DNA of 63,973 nt, filler included, from an uncultured bacterium (lineage in GTDB: Bacteria > Latescibacterota > UBA2968), in NCBI GenBank assembly GCA_964471275.1. It is 13 parts of 13 records of this genome, joined end to end, with 100 filler letters (N's around TTAATTAATTAA, not from the genome) between each part and the next. Parts side by side here need not be neighbours in the genome. Positions count along the whole stretch, not along the records: positions 1 to 5,111 come from CAYYGZ010000291.1; positions 5,212 to 10,253 come from CAYYGZ010000292.1; positions 10,354 to 15,345 come from CAYYGZ010000293.1; 10 more parts are not named here. One strand, 5' to 3'. Position 1 is the first letter of the stretch. Every line of letters starts with the position of its first letter. Under the pieces are notes generated by a model. The model saw only the letters and a program-made list of their open reading frames with translations, did no database searches and had not been told where the DNA came from. Shown piece after piece: positions 1-11,690 of the stretch. The position numbers and the translations under genes are program-made.

Positions 1-240
1 GAGAATCGTGCCAAGATCAAAAATCCTGATCTCATCTTCCCCGACTGGACCCTGAATGTGCCCTTCGGTGTCGATCTGAATCAGCATCTTGTTGTCGGCG
101 GCCAGAGCCTTTCCTCGATCGCGGGAGTGGTCTACAAGGATCCGACAGAGTGGCACCGGCTACTCAAGGCGAATCAGGCCCAGATTCTGGATGCAAACCT
201 GATTTTCCCGGCCCAGGTCCTCGACGTTCCTGCTAACTAG
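1..240 (+). CDS. LysM peptidoglycan-binding domain protein, 5' truncated
   Basis: Frame 1 is open from base 1. ENRAKIKNPDLIFPDWTLNVP and QSLSSIAGVVYKDPTEWHRLLKANQAQILDANLIFPAQVLDVP are two LysM-type repeats. Confidence 0.8.
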   Translation, partial: ENRAKIKNPDLIFPDWTLNVPFGVDLNQHLVVGGQSLSSIAGVVYKDPTEWHRLLKANQAQILDANLIFPAQVLDVPAN

Positions 241-370
241 GTTCGAGCGAGAAGGGCTTTCGGCGAGTTCAGCCGACCAAATGGAAAAGATAAAACAGGN
301 NNNNNNNNNCGTTCTCAAAGTTTGTGAGGACGGGAGCCTTTTTTCTATTACGCAGGAGACCGCTACGTCC

Positions 371-1384
371 TTGACAACGGATACCACGACGCTTGAATCC
401 CAGCCGCTCTCGCAGAAGATCTCAACCCAGGGCGTCGACCCCCTCTCCCTCTATGGGCACAACGACGCAAACCTGATCGCTCTCGAGTCGAGATATGACA
501 TAAAGATAACGGCTCGCGGTGACATGATTCGACTGGACGGCGACGCTGAAAACGTCAAGACTGTTTCGGCGCTGATCGACGAGCTAATCTCATGTCTGAG
601 ACGGGGAGACGATGTGGATTCGAGCGATCTGTTTGCCAGAGCACCCGCAACCCCCTCGAGCGATGCACAGGACAAGAACGCGATACTGACCAAGAAGGGC
701 GTGATCCGACCTCGCTCCGACCGTCAGGCTGACTACATCTCATCAGTGCAGGCCTACGATATTGTGTTTGGGGTTGGCCCCGCAGGCACCGGGAAAACCT
801 ACCTAGCCGTAGCGTGCGCGATTGAGTCCTTGAGGCGGAAGGAGGTCTCCCGTATCATCCTGACGCGTCCAGCGGTTGAAGCAGGCGAGAGTCTCGGCTT
901 TCTCCCGGGCGACATTCAGGAGAAAGTTGACCCATACCTGAGACCGTTGTATGACGCTCTAAGAGACATGATACCAGGCGATCAACTGGCTCGCCTCATG
1001 CAATCCGGCACACTGGAAATCGCACCGCTCGCTTTTATGCGAGGCAGGACGCTCAACAAGGCGTTTGTGATCCTGGATGAAGCCCAGAACACCAGCATCA
1101 GCCAGATGAAGATGTTCCTGACACGGCTTGGCGCGAACTCGAAGGCCGTCATCACCGGCGACACGACACAGGTCGATCTACCGACCGGAGCTCAGTCTGG
1201 TCTGATTCACGTGCAACGTATTCTTGCGCACATCGAAGCGATCAAATTCGTTCACTTCACGGAGCAGGATGTGGTCCGCCACGCATTGGTTCAGGAGATT
1301 ATCAACGCCTACGACGCCTGGGACTTTTCCGTGCAGGAAGAGCTGGCACTTTCGGACTTTCCCGCGGAGGAGACCGCAGGCTGA
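371..1384 (+). CDS. phoH: PhoH-like ATPase (PhoH/YbeZ)
   Basis: GPAGTGKT Walker A, RIILTRPAVEAGESLGFLPGD, AFMRGRTL, ILDEAQN. Start uncertain (TTG at 371 assumed; the ORF track runs across an N gap). Confidence 0.93.
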   Translation: MTTDTTTLESQPLSQKISTQGVDPLSLYGHNDANLIALESRYDIKITARGDMIRLDGDAENVKTVSALIDELISCLRRGDDVDSSDLFARAPATPSSDAQDKNAILTKKGVIRPRSDRQADYISSVQAYDIVFGVGPAGTGKTYLAVACAIESLRRKEVSRIILTRPAVEAGESLGFLPGDIQEKVDPYLRPLYDALRDMIPGDQLARLMQSGTLEIAPLAFMRGRTLNKAFVILDEAQNTSISQMKMFLTRLGANSKAVITGDTTQVDLPTGAQSGLIHVQRILAHIEAIKFVHFTEQDVVRHALVQEIINAYDAWDFSVQEELALSDFPAEETAG

Positions 1385-3651
1385 TGCTTCGCCCCACCAA
1401 GAAAGCTCGACCGAGCCACCCGATCGAGCTCGGTCGTGACCTCACCAGACGCGGGGAATACCGGGATCAGTACGCTCGTTTTGGCATTCTGATGGTCATC
1501 ACGATCATTCTCACCACGCTCTACCCGACCGGACAGACCTATGAGATCTCGTGGTTTGAGGACAGCACAGTCGCTGTTGAGGAAGTCATCGCGCCTGTCA
1601 GCTACTACATCTACAAGAACGACACCGAATACCAAGAAGAAGTATCCCGTGCCCGAAGTTCGGTAAAACCCGTTTTCTTCGTGAACACCCGCGTTCCTGT
1701 CGAGAGAAGGGCCGCGGTAGAAGCCCTCTTCCGGGACATCGAGGCCTTGCGTGTCTCTGATCTGCCGGATTCCAGCAAGGCCGCCCGGTTGAAGATCAAT
1801 CACCCGGAGACACGGCCGATATCGGACCTGACGCTGGCATTCCTAGTGAACCAGCGGGCCCTGCCCGTTGCGGGGCTGGATTCGCTTCGGTCGCTCACGC
1901 AGTCGCTTCTCGATATCTCGTATGAGGCCGGCCTGATCGAAAGCCAGACGCAGATCGGTGTGGTCGTCGACAGCCTGACCCTCGTTGGCACAAGCGATGA
2001 GTGGTCAACGCCTCTCGACCAGGTTCGCGATCTGGACCAGCTCACCGGTCACCTGCAGCAGCGGATCCTGAGAGCACTCTCACCCGAAGCGACCAGACGC
2101 ATCCGGGGAACATACGAACTCGTGGCGTCGTTCCTCCTTCCCGACCTCATCTACTCAGAGGCCGAAACACAGTCGCGTAGACGCAAGGCAACCGATGCGG
2201 TGTCTCGCTTCAAGGGCAGCGTCTTGGAGGGCGAGCGGATCATAGATGCGCACGATCGTATCACACCGGACCACGTCGACAGGCTGAGGTCTCTGGTCCT
2301 TCACTTGAATCAGGAGCGTCAGCGGGATCCTTATCTACCGACACTCCAGACGATCGGCCGTTTTGTGATTTCGGGCATCATGGTGGCGATGCTCTTCGCT
2401 TTCCTCGGGTTGTTCCGTGAGCATATCTACAAACAGACTTCGAATCTGATCCTGTTCGGAATCTTGNNNNNNNNNNCTCACTATGCGGCTGAAGTGTCGA
2501 TCATCACGCCGTTTCTGGTGCCGATCGCGCTTTCGGCGATGATCGCGACCGTGCTGTTCGATGCCGAAATCGGATTCGTCGTGTCAGTCGTCACCGCGGT
2601 GGTCTGTTCCAGTATCCTGGGAAGCCTCCAGCACAGCGTAGTCTTCATGGTAACAGGCGCCGTCGGAGCTTTCGCTGTGAGGGACGTCCTGAAACGGGGC
2701 GACTTCTATCGATCGATCGCCTACATCAGTGTTGCCTATCTCCTCACCATCCTGGCAACGGGCATCCTGTTCTTCAACTATGCAACTCTGGAAGACTTCG
2801 TTCAGCGGGCCCAGTGGGACGTCATCTTTGGAATCTTCACGTCCTGTGGCTCGGCGATCTTGGCAATTGGGCTGCTCCCGATCTTCGAAAGCACCTTCAA
2901 CGTCATCACATCGATCACGCTCCTCGAACTTTCGGACCTAAACCGTCCCCTCCTGAGAAATCTCGCCATCAGGGCTCCTGGGACATACAGCCATTCGATT
3001 ATCATGGCCAGTCTGTCGGAGGCCGCAGCCGAAGCGATCGGCGCAGACCCTCTTCTGTCTCGTGTCGGATGCTACTACCACGACATCGGCAAGATGATCC
3101 GGCCACACTATTTCATAGAGAACCAGAAGGGCGTGAACCCGCACGATGAGCTTCAGCCGAGGATGAGTGCACTCATCCTGATCTCTCACGTCAAGGAAGG
3201 CGTCGAGCTGGCCCGTGAGGAGGGACTTCCCCGAGCGATCATCGACGTCATTCCCCAACACCACGGGACGGGTGAGATCGCGAGCTTCAAGCATCGCGCA
3301 CTGGAACGAGGCAACAAGCAGGCTGTCCGCGACGAGGACTTCCGGTATCCGGGTCCAAAACCGCAAACCAAAGAGGCAGGGATCATAAACCTGGCAGATG
3401 CGATCGAGTCTGCAACCCGGACAATCCCCGGCAATCCCGCCCAGATAAAGGGAATGGTTCAGACGATCGTGAAGGGCCGATTCATTGCGGGTGAACTGGA
3501 CGAGTGTGATCTGACGTTGCGAGATCTGACACGGATGCAGGAAGCCTTTCTACCGATTCTCGAAGCAACGCGACACTCTCGGGTGGCCTATCCCTGGCAG
3601 CTTGAGCAGCAGAGCAGGCAGCGGACGAGACGCAAGCAGGAGCGGGCGTGA
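1384..3651 (+). CDS. 7TM-HDIG phosphohydrolase (PgpH-like cyclic dinucleotide phosphodiesterase)
   Basis: Extracellular domain, TM helices, APGTYSHS, YYHDIGK, FIENQ, FRYPGPKP. Conserved position between phoH and ybeY. Contains a 10-N gap. Confidence 0.88.
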   Translation: MLRPTKKARPSHPIELGRDLTRRGEYRDQYARFGILMVITIILTTLYPTGQTYEISWFEDSTVAVEEVIAPVSYYIYKNDTEYQEEVSRARSSVKPVFFVNTRVPVERRAAVEALFRDIEALRVSDLPDSSKAARLKINHPETRPISDLTLAFLVNQRALPVAGLDSLRSLTQSLLDISYEAGLIESQTQIGVVVDSLTLVGTSDEWSTPLDQVRDLDQLTGHLQQRILRALSPEATRRIRGTYELVASFLLPDLIYSEAETQSRRRKATDAVSRFKGSVLEGERIIDAHDRITPDHVDRLRSLVLHLNQERQRDPYLPTLQTIGRFVISGIMVAMLFAFLGLFREHIYKQTSNLILFGILXXXXHYAAEVSIITPFLVPIALSAMIATVLFDAEIGFVVSVVTAVVCSSILGSLQHSVVFMVTGAVGAFAVRDVLKRGDFYRSIAYISVAYLLTILATGILFFNYATLEDFVQRAQWDVIFGIFTSCGSAILAIGLLPIFESTFNVITSITLLELSDLNRPLLRNLAIRAPGTYSHSIIMASLSEAAAEAIGADPLLSRVGCYYHDIGKMIRPHYFIENQKGVNPHDELQPRMSALILISHVKEGVELAREEGLPRAIIDVIPQHHGTGEIASFKHRALERGNKQAVRDEDFRYPGPKPQTKEAGIINLADAIESATRTIPGNPAQIKGMVQTIVKGRFIAGELDECDLTLRDLTRMQEAFLPILEATRHSRVAYPWQLEQQSRQRTRRKQERA

Positions 3652-4097
3652 TTGATTGGCAGACTACCGACGATGTGACTGCCGCTCTCGATTCCGAGGC
3701 GATCGTCAATATACTGGATCGCTTGCTGAGTGATCACGCATCCGAGGCAACCGTTTCCGTCGTGATCACGAGCGACAAACACATGCACCAGCTGAATCAA
3801 GATTACCGGAACATCGACAAACCTACCGACGTCCTGTCATTCGAACTCGGCGATGAACTTCCCACCGAGAAGGGCCTTCTCGGTGAGATTTACATCTCAA
3901 GCGACACGGCAGCTCATCAAGCTTCAGAGGCAGGGAGAGGTCTGGTGGTGGAGGTTGCACACCTTGCCGTCCACGGCGCTCTCCACCTGCTCGGGTATGA
4001 ACACGACACTGACGCCGGTTATAATAGGATGCGGGCGGAGGAAGCACGGTATCTCCGCACGTATTCTCCACTGGACCTGAACGCTCGAGAAGCGTGA
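3648..4097 (+). CDS. ybeY: rRNA maturation endoribonuclease YbeY
   Basis: LNQDYRNIDKPTDVLSF and the HGALHLLGYEH metal motif. GTGA overlap with the upstream gene. Confidence 0.93.
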   Translation: MIDWQTTDDVTAALDSEAIVNILDRLLSDHASEATVSVVITSDKHMHQLNQDYRNIDKPTDVLSFELGDELPTEKGLLGEIYISSDTAAHQASEAGRGLVVEVAHLAVHGALHLLGYEHDTDAGYNRMRAEEARYLRTYSPLDLNAREA

Positions 4098-4127
4098 TCG
4101 AGCCCAAGGAAGGAGCGTGAGAATTCG

Positions 4128-5111
4128 TTGGACCCTGCGTGGCCAAGTCTAGTTGCCCTGTTCGCAACGCTTGTTGTCAATAGCCTTCTTGCGCGTCTAG
4201 GCACGATCAACAACGTGCTCAGTCGGTCAACCGTCGAGAAGCTTTCTGAAGCTGGCATCCCGCGTGCTTCGCTCCTTCTCTCGATGTTCAACCCGAGGAA
4301 CGTGTTCGGGCAGACGATCCTGACCGGTCAGATCACGGCGCTCGCGGTCGGGTGCATCCTTTTTGTCAGAATCACGGGCCCGTTACGATCCCACATCCAC
4401 ACGCCCTGGCTCCCACTCGATGGATTCATCGCCACTGTGCTGTTTGTCTTTGTTGCTTTGCTTCTGACCAATCTGGCGCCGCCGTTCCGACGCGAGGAAG
4501 GCTCAGAAGCCCCCCTCCCTCGGATCATTCTCGTCGGCTACCCGCTCTACCTCCTGTTCCTCATACCGGCCATTCTCCTGCAGAAGGCGCAGGTTATGTT
4601 CGTCTCGGAGGACGACAACCGTGCGATCAAGGAAGATGAGCTGCGGAACATCGTCGAATCTGAGACAGCCGACGGCACAATCGAAGCCGAAGAACGGGAT
4701 ATGATCGAAGGCATCTTCGAGTTCGGGGACACGACTGTCAAGGAAGTCATGATTCCGAGAATCGACATGATCTGTGGTGATCTGTCGGACGGGAAGAGAG
4801 ATGTCGTGGACCTCGTGGTGAAATCGCGTCATTCGCGGATACCGGTTTACAGGGAGCGGGTAGACCACATCAAGGGCATCGTATACGTAAAGGACCTTCT
4901 GCACGCGGTCATCGAAGGCGGAGAGTGGCACATCCAGGATATCATGCGTGAGCCCTACTTTGTCACTGAGAACAAGAAGATCGATGAGCTGCTGACCGAG
5001 TTCAAAAACAACAGGGTTCATCTGGCCGTCGTGCTCGACGAATACGGCGGTACGTCAGGACTCGTCACGCTCGAAGACCTGATCGAGGAAATATTCGGGG
5101 AGATTCAGGAC
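4128..5111 (+). CDS. Hemolysin-family/CNNM-CBS (CorC-like) protein, 3' truncated
   Basis: TM region, then VKEVMIPRIDM, HSRIPVY, VLDEYGGTSGLVTLEDLIEEIFGEIQD. Confidence 0.88.
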
Positions 5112-5211
5112 NNNNNNNNNNNNNNNNNNNNNNNNNNNNNNNNNNNNNNNNNNNNTTAATTAATTAANNNNNNNNNNNNNNNNNNNNNNNNNNNNNNNNN
5201 NNNNNNNNNNN
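5112..5211. other. Artificial contig linker (first of 12)
   Basis: 100-nt N-run/TTAATTAATTAA/N-run. Recurs at 10254-10353, 15346-15445, 20401-20500, 25437-25536, 30451-30550, 35410-35509, 40349-40448, 45288-45387, 50223-50322, 55158-55257 and 59984-60083. Confidence 0.99.
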
Positions 5212-5397
5212 CGGATGCGAAAGCTTTCTACGCGTCCCAGGATTTTCAACCCCGTACCGAAACTCTGGAGTGGGTGACCTAGCCACACTTCCAGACGTTC
5301 ATCCTCTCTCCATTCTTCTCATCATCTCTTGGTTTTCCTGGGGTCCTTGGCGTTCTTGGTGATCAAACGCCTTTGACCTTGACGTGAGTAGAACGAA

Positions 5398-6177
5398 ATG
5401 AACTCGGATCTACGCCAGGAATACGATGAGATGGGCTACGTCATCGCGCCAAGCGCGATCGACGCCGGTCTGGCCGCTGAAATGGTTGATCACATCGCCT
5501 GGCTGTCAAAGAAATACCCGGATGTTCGTCCCGAGCAGTATCACCATCGGATGTTGGTGGACGATCCGTTCATGCACCGGCTCGTCGGTGATGATCGCCT
5601 GCTGGACATCGCTGAACACTTCCTCGGACCCGACATTGCGTTATTCGCTGCACATTACATCGCAAAGACACCGAGAACGGGACGCGCCGTTCAGTGGCAT
5701 CAGGATGGATCATACTGGCCACTCGTACCGATGGCTGTCACCACGCTCTGGGTCGCCGGCACACCATCCACTGTCGAGAATGGCTGTATGCGCGTGCTGC
5801 CCGGTACGCAGAACAACAAGCTGCTTAAGCGTCGTGACCTGATCGACCTGGACAAGGAAAAGTACGTACTGGGCGCCGGAATTCATCCGGACCAGATCGA
5901 CGATTCCAAGGCCGTGGATATCGAGTTGGATGCGGGTGACATCTCGATACACAATCCACTGATCATCCACGGATCGAACGCAAACACGTCGGACCGTTGG
6001 CGAGTGGGTCTGACGCTCCGGTACATCCCCACAAGCACCCGGGTGGAATCGGAGGATCACGCAAGCGTATTGCTCCGTGGAGAAGCGGATTCGTCGGTTG
6101 ACAATCTCTATGCCGAACGACCCCGGTATGTAATAGGCGAACACATGCCCTTTCTGGGAAGTGAGTTGTGGGCATGA
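5398..6177 (+). CDS. Phytanoyl-CoA dioxygenase (PhyH) family 2OG-Fe(II) oxygenase
   Basis: WHQDGSYW (HxD), ENGCMRVLPG, IIHGSNANTSDRWR. Confidence 0.9.
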   Translation: MNSDLRQEYDEMGYVIAPSAIDAGLAAEMVDHIAWLSKKYPDVRPEQYHHRMLVDDPFMHRLVGDDRLLDIAEHFLGPDIALFAAHYIAKTPRTGRAVQWHQDGSYWPLVPMAVTTLWVAGTPSTVENGCMRVLPGTQNNKLLKRRDLIDLDKEKYVLGAGIHPDQIDDSKAVDIELDAGDISIHNPLIIHGSNANTSDRWRVGLTLRYIPTSTRVESEDHASVLLRGEADSSVDNLYAERPRYVIGEHMPFLGSELWA

Positions 6178-6210
6178 TGAGACCTTGGTTCCTGATGATA
6201 GCTGGGAGAG

Positions 6211-6239
6211 GGTAGAGCAGGCTGGCGGTCTGCTCTACC
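6211..6239. repeat. REP-like palindrome
   Basis: GGTAGAGCAG (6211-6220) and CTGCTCTACC (6230-6239) form a perfect 10-bp inverted repeat in an intergenic region. Confidence 0.5.
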
Positions 6240-6270
6240 GGTCAATCTGGTCTGAAGGGCATTACGCAGC

Positions 6271-7319
6271 ATGAGCAGAACTGGACTCCTCATAACTGTC
6301 GCTGTTGTCATCCTGATGGGTGCGCTGTTGTATGTTGTCCAACCGGACCGCACATCCTACCGCGGCAAGAAACGTCGTCCCGATACCCAACGACAGTCAT
6401 CGAGCACCAAGGGGAAGACCGGTTCACGCAAGACACGGTCAGCCACAAGCAACGGAGGAGGGTCAAACTCACGGGCCGGGAAAAGGAGAAGTCAGACAGG
6501 AAGAGCGATGAGGCTCGACTCGAGGAACAGGGTAGATCTTCTCTGAGATACCATCTTCCCTACGCTCGCAACGTCGGATATCGAGTTCGCCGGCCCGATT
6601 CGAGTTCGACCGCACTCTTCCTGGAGATGCCGTCGGGCACACCTGTGACAGCGGTAAGACCGGGGGTTGTCGTAGGTGTCTCGGGACCGACACCATCACC
6701 AGGAGAGGACTTTGTGTTTGGACGACGGCTGCCAAGGAACGCGATCCTTATTCAGCACGAAGACAGTTCATTCGCTCTGTATCAGAACGTACGTGCGGCA
6801 GGAATCGATACAGGAATTGTTGTGCCGGATCGTACGGTGATCGCCAGAACGGGCGCCACAACGACACACCTGAAACTCAGTGTCACCCATCCCACCCGGG
6901 ACGACTTCGAATGGCAGTTCCGAACGAAGCATCACCCCCGGGGTGTTCGCCTCCGACCGGGCGAAATCTATCTACGCGCAGATTCTGACTTGGCACATCC
7001 GATAAACGCCGTAGAGCGAACCTACACGGCTGACGCTGGGGACTACCCGAAGAACACATACCGAAAAGGCGAAACCGTCCGTATCCATAGCCGGTTCGCC
7101 TACCCGACTCGCGCGAAGGTCAGGTATGCACTCAGAGGACCGGGTAGCCGAAAGCTGACTTACTTTGATGCCAGGCTGGACCCGGGTCGCAAAGCATCCC
7201 ACTACGACCTGCGACCGGACAAGGCGCGAGAAGCCGCGTCGACCTGGACCATCCTCCTCTACTTCGACAAGCAGGTAATGGATTCCGTCCGGTTCCGAAT
7301 CAAAGAGCGGAACCCGTGA
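6271..7319 (+). pseudogene. Membrane-anchored M23-peptidase-like protein, apparently frameshifted
   Basis: The signal anchor MSRTGLLITVAVVILMGALLYVV is in one frame. The frame of ORF 6627-7319 is open far upstream (...RYHLPY...MPSGTPVTAVRPGVV...NAILIQHEDSSFALY) without its own start. Confidence 0.5.
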
Positions 7320-8460
7320 GCACACGCGTCGAGTTCCCATACGAGAGACATCCGGCATTCACCTACTCGGTCGTGCAGGCACGAACACCGGAGAGCCCGC
7401 GCAACGACACAGCCTCAGTGTGTGCACTGGATATCGACACCTGGATGGTCGTCTGGCATAAGTATCGCGCCGAGGCGCTGCAATCTACTCATTCCGGATC
7501 GTCTGATTTTGGAAGATGCGACATCGCGTCAAGAATCTCACGTGACAGCGGATTGTCCTGGAGTGAAGAGCGCATCGTCGTGGAGAGTGATCCCGAGGAC
7601 AACAATGTTCAGGCGCCCGCTCTCAGACGGCTTCGGGACGACAGGATTCTGCTGAACTGCTTGCGGGGCCACACGGGCGGGACAGCAGCTCGATGATCGT
7701 GCTTCGCTCGCTGGACAATGGGCAGACTTTCAGCCCGTATTCCGCACTGTGGGAACGGAGCAACGGTCAATGGCTTCAGGGCGGCGCTTCCTCGCTGCTG
7801 GAACTCGAGTCGGGAAGGTTGCTCCTGCCCTGTCACGGCGGTACGGGTGGCCAGGGCGGTCAGCACAACATCGCGCACTGCTGGTTCAGCGATGATGCAG
7901 GGGAAACGTGGGCACAGAACCAGGACCCCGTTGACCTCCCCTTGAGGGGGGCGATGGAGGCATCCGTTGCGGAACTTCCCGGTGCGGAGCTGGTGATGTC
8001 GCTCCGGACACAGCTGGGCGCAGTCTTCCTGAGCCGGTCGATCGACCAGGGCATCACCTGGTCGCTTCCCCAGACATCAGGCCTGCGGGCACCAGAATCC
8101 TGTACCTGTCTCCGCACGATACCGGGCACCGAGTGGCTCATCCTATTGTGGAACGACGCCGAATTCACCCCGAAACACCATCACTTCGACGTCCGAAGAC
8201 CTCTGAGTCTCGCGATCTCCCGGGACCGTGGCGCCTCCTGGACCAAGCTTGCGGACATCGCCACCGATACGGGTTTGAACTTCACCAATCTGGGCTGCGA
8301 CTTCGTCAACCCGGAGCAAGCGGTAGTGACATACATGGTCCACGGTCCCGACCGGGCAACGGAGCGTCAGGGCCAGTGGGGCTGGACCGACCCCGAGTAT
8401 ATGGACCTGCATTCGGCCGTCATAAACACCAGCTGGCTGCTCGCCGCCACCGGACCTTAG
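7316..8460 (+). pseudogene. Sialidase/BNR-repeat glycoside hydrolase, split by a probable frameshift near 7675-7690
   Basis: Asp-box motifs SRDSGLSW, SLDNGQTF, SDDAGETW, SIDQGITW, SRDRGASW are spread over ORFs 7316-7696 and 7693-8460. Confidence 0.75.
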
Positions 8461-8544
8461 CCGTGTCCTCCGGGACCATTTAGCTCTCAACCTTGACGAT
8501 GCCGCCGCATTGTACGCGCGTAACTACCTGAATCGTGGTCTCCA

Positions 8545-8973
8545 ATGATGAACTTGTCCGAATCCGTATCCGAATTCTGTGCCTCTCAGCACTTCTTCTT
8601 CCTGGAGGACGGTCTGAAGAGCCACGCGGAGCAACTCCTCTCGCACTGGGCGGCTAACGTAGACGAACCCGTGGATCACGATGCCCTCGAGTCCTCGGTC
8701 AACGCGGTTGGCACACTCGACTTGCCCTTGGACGCAAAACGCCGTTTCCCTGAACTTCTCAACACATTTTTCGAGTATCTGGAAACGTCAACCGGACATC
8801 CCGATGCGGGGCGCTGGCAGAATCATCTCACCTCGATCGGCCCGGTCTACACCGACCGCATCCGCGAAGATGGCAGCATCCGCGGCACAACCGTTACCCG
8901 TGCTCTCAAAGTCGGCCGCAATGACCCCTGCCCCTGTGGCAGCGGCAGGAAATACAAACGATGCTGCGGCTAG
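8545..8973 (+). CDS. SEC-C motif protein
   Basis: C-terminal [21 protein letters not shown]. Confidence 0.85.
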   Translation: MMNLSESVSEFCASQHFFFLEDGLKSHAEQLLSHWAANVDEPVDHDALESSVNAVGTLDLPLDAKRRFPELLNTFFEYLETSTGHPDAGRWQNHLTSIGPVYTDRIREDGSIRGTTVTRALKVGRNDPCPCGSGRKYKRCCG

Positions 8974-9054
8974 ACCCGCCGAACCGGTGAGGGCTGTGCC
9001 AGCAGGCACGCTTTCTCCCATCTACGCACACATAACCCCATTCTGGCAGAACCC

Positions 9055-10253
9055 ATGACTCCCGAAACCCGAAAACGAATCCTCGCCGGTAAACCCGACC
9101 GTCCTTTTCCTGCAGAACCTCAACTCGGCGCCTGGTACACCGAAGCCGAAATCGATGCCACGGTAAAGGCCATCCGGAACTCGATGGATTACAGAATCGG
9201 CTTCGGTTTCAACGTCGACGAGATCATCGCCTTTGAGAACGAATTCGCCGCCTACTGCGGAACCCGGTTTGCCGTCTCTCTCGTCACCGCGAGTGTCGGA
9301 ATCGACATCGCTATGAGGTGTCTGGATCTGCAGCCGGGAGACGAAGTGATCACACCTGCTCTGAATTTCAAGGCTTGCTCCCTCGCCATCATCGGTCAGG
9401 GGGGCAAACCCGTTCTCTGTGAGGTCGATCCCCGGACCTTCAACGCCGATCCTGCGGACGTGGAAAGGCGTATCACGCCGAAGACCCGTGCTATCCTTCC
9501 CGTTCACATGAACGGTCTGTCCGCACCGATGGACGACTATCTCGAAATCGCGGCCCGTCATCCGCATCCGAAGTGTGGCCCGCTCAAGGTGATCGGAGAC
9601 GCCGCGCGTGCGTGCGGCGGCGGCTACAAAGGAACGAAAATCGGTAAACTGGGCTGGATGACCGCCTTCAGCTTCCACACAATGAAGCTGATGTCGACCC
9701 TCGGGGAAGGTGGGATGATCACGACGGATGACGAGGCACTCGTCAACCGCATCCGAAACATCCGGCAATGGGGAGGCGGCGAAGAGTGGGGTACGAGCTA
9801 CAAGATCACGAAACCGCAAGCCGCCGTCGGGTCTGTTCAACTCGGACGGTTGGACGATATGCTTGCCTTGCGTGTCCGACGTGCCCGAGAGCGCCAGGAA
9901 ATGCTGCAGGGCATCCCCGAACTCACGCTGACCTATGAGCCTCCGGAATGCGACCACACATTCTACCTCAACACGCTTCTTGTCCCCAGGGAATGGGCCG
10001 GTGCTAAGAGAGACGCGTTATGCACGCTTCTCTTGGAGGAGTATGGTGTCGGCACTATGGTCGGGAATCCGCCGGTCTGGCAGAGTCATCCATTCATCAG
10101 CCAGCACATCGATGGGCAGCAGGACACGTTGCCGGTGTCTACCGAAACAGCGCTGAGACTCTTCTGTGTCTCGTTGCATCCACAGATGACAGAGCAGGAA
10201 AACGAATACATTGCCGCGGCGCTGTGGGATGCCGTTGAGCGGATACAGAGAGG
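9055..10253 (+). CDS. DegT/DnrJ/EryC1/StrS PLP-dependent aminotransferase, runs into contig end
   Basis: LQPGDEVITP, AILPVHMNG, VIGDAA, FSFHTMKLMSTLGEGGMITT. Confidence 0.9.
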
Positions 10254-10595
10254 NNNNNNNNNNNNNNNNNNNNNNNNNNNNNNNNNNNNNNNNNNNNTTA
10301 ATTAATTAANNNNNNNNNNNNNNNNNNNNNNNNNNNNNNNNNNNNNNNNNNNNACCGTTCACCTGCTGCCTTTGAAAGGCTGAGAAATTAACCCAATCCA
10401 CTGTCCACCATTCGTAGGCAGTATCAACGGGGCGTGGCGTCAATAGCCAGGGGCGTCTTTCCCACCGAAGCACAGCGGAGGCGGGCAAGCCCCTGGTTTC
10501 TGAGTCGGTTGCCTGATCAGCGTCGCGGAAGACAATCGAAAAGCTATACGAATCGGTATCGACGCGTACTCATGCCACAGGAATGCTCTCCCTCC

Positions 10596-11690
10596 CTATG
10601 CCCTACCCACGATTCTCCGCAATCGTTCGGCGAAGACTGCACGCTCATCCGGTCTTCCAACCGTTACACGAAAGTACCGATCCAACGGCTCAACGCGCGG
10701 CTTCCTGACGAATACACGTTGCGCGATGAGCTGGTCAAGTATTGCATCAGCCCGATCACCCGATCCCGCATCGAAGGTCACGAAATTGGTTGCTGACGGG
10801 AGCGTCGGTAATCCAATCTCCTTAGCCAGGGATACATACGCATCACGTCCTGCTGATACCTGAGCCACTACCTGATCAATGAACACACCATCCGCTAATG
10901 AGGTCGCGGCTCCTACCTGTGCGATTCTGTTCACGCCAAAGTGCAGCCGTATCTTGTTGAATCCCGTGGCGATCTCTTTGGAACAGATGGCGTAGCCCAC
11001 TCTTGCACCCGCGAGCCCGTGTGCCTTGGAGAAGGTCCGCATTCGGATAACGTTTGGGTGGATGGGGCAGATGTCCAGGATCGCATCCTCTGGTGCAAAC
11101 TCCGCGTAGGCTTCGTCGAGGATGAGGATACATTCCTGCGGTAGCGTGTCGATGAAGGCGGTGATTTCCTCAACCGAGAACCAGGTCCCCGTCGGGTTAT
11201 CCGGATTCGACAGGTAGACGATTCGGACGTCAGATTTCTGCGCGAGATCCGACAGGGCAGTCAGATCATTCCGGCCATCACGGTAAGGCGTCGTGGACAG
11301 CCGGCAGCCAAATCCATCGACGTGGTAGATAAATGTGGGATAGGCCCCGAGCGACGCGACAGCCGTCTCACCGCGATCCACAAAGGCCCGGACCGCCAGA
11401 CCCAGCAGGTCATCGATTCCCGCGGCGATCGCGATCTCGGTCGAGCTTACTCCGTGGTGGCGAGCAAGCGATTCGCGAAGATCATGATTCTCCGGATCGT
11501 TATACCACGCGAGATCGGACACCGCATCACGCATCGCGGCGGCCGCAACGGGGGAGACCCCGAAGGCGCTCTCATTTGCGCCGATTCGAGCGTCGAATAC
11601 GGTCCCCGTCTGTCGCTCGATCGATTCCGGCCCGACAAACGGGATAGCAGAAGGCAGATCCGCAACTAGTGATGTGAATGGCAAAGGCAT
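10596..11690 (-). CDS. Class I/II PLP aminotransferase (histidinol-phosphate aminotransferase-like)
   Basis: IGANES, YLSNPDNPTG, LDEAY, RTFSKAHGLAGARVGY. Confidence 0.88.
   Translation of the reverse strand: MPLPFTSLVADLPSAIPFVGPESIERQTGTVFDARIGANESAFGVSPVAAAAMRDAVSDLAWYNDPENHDLRESLARHHGVSSTEIAIAAGIDDLLGLAVRAFVDRGETAVASLGAYPTFIYHVDGFGCRLSTTPYRDGRNDLTALSDLAQKSDVRIVYLSNPDNPTGTWFSVEEITAFIDTLPQECILILDEAYAEFAPEDAILDICPIHPNVIRMRTFSKAHGLAGARVGYAICSKEIATGFNKIRLHFGVNRIAQVGAATSLADGVFIDQVVAQVSAGRDAYVSLAKEIGLPTLPSATNFVTFDAGSGDRADAILDQLIAQRVFVRKPRVEPLDRYFRVTVGRPDERAVFAERLRRIVGRA

Noticed and set aside
5112..5211. TTAATTAATTAA motif recurring about every 5 kb
   Set aside because: Artificial all-frame-stop linker embedded in N runs. 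Gene adjacency across linkers is meaningless.
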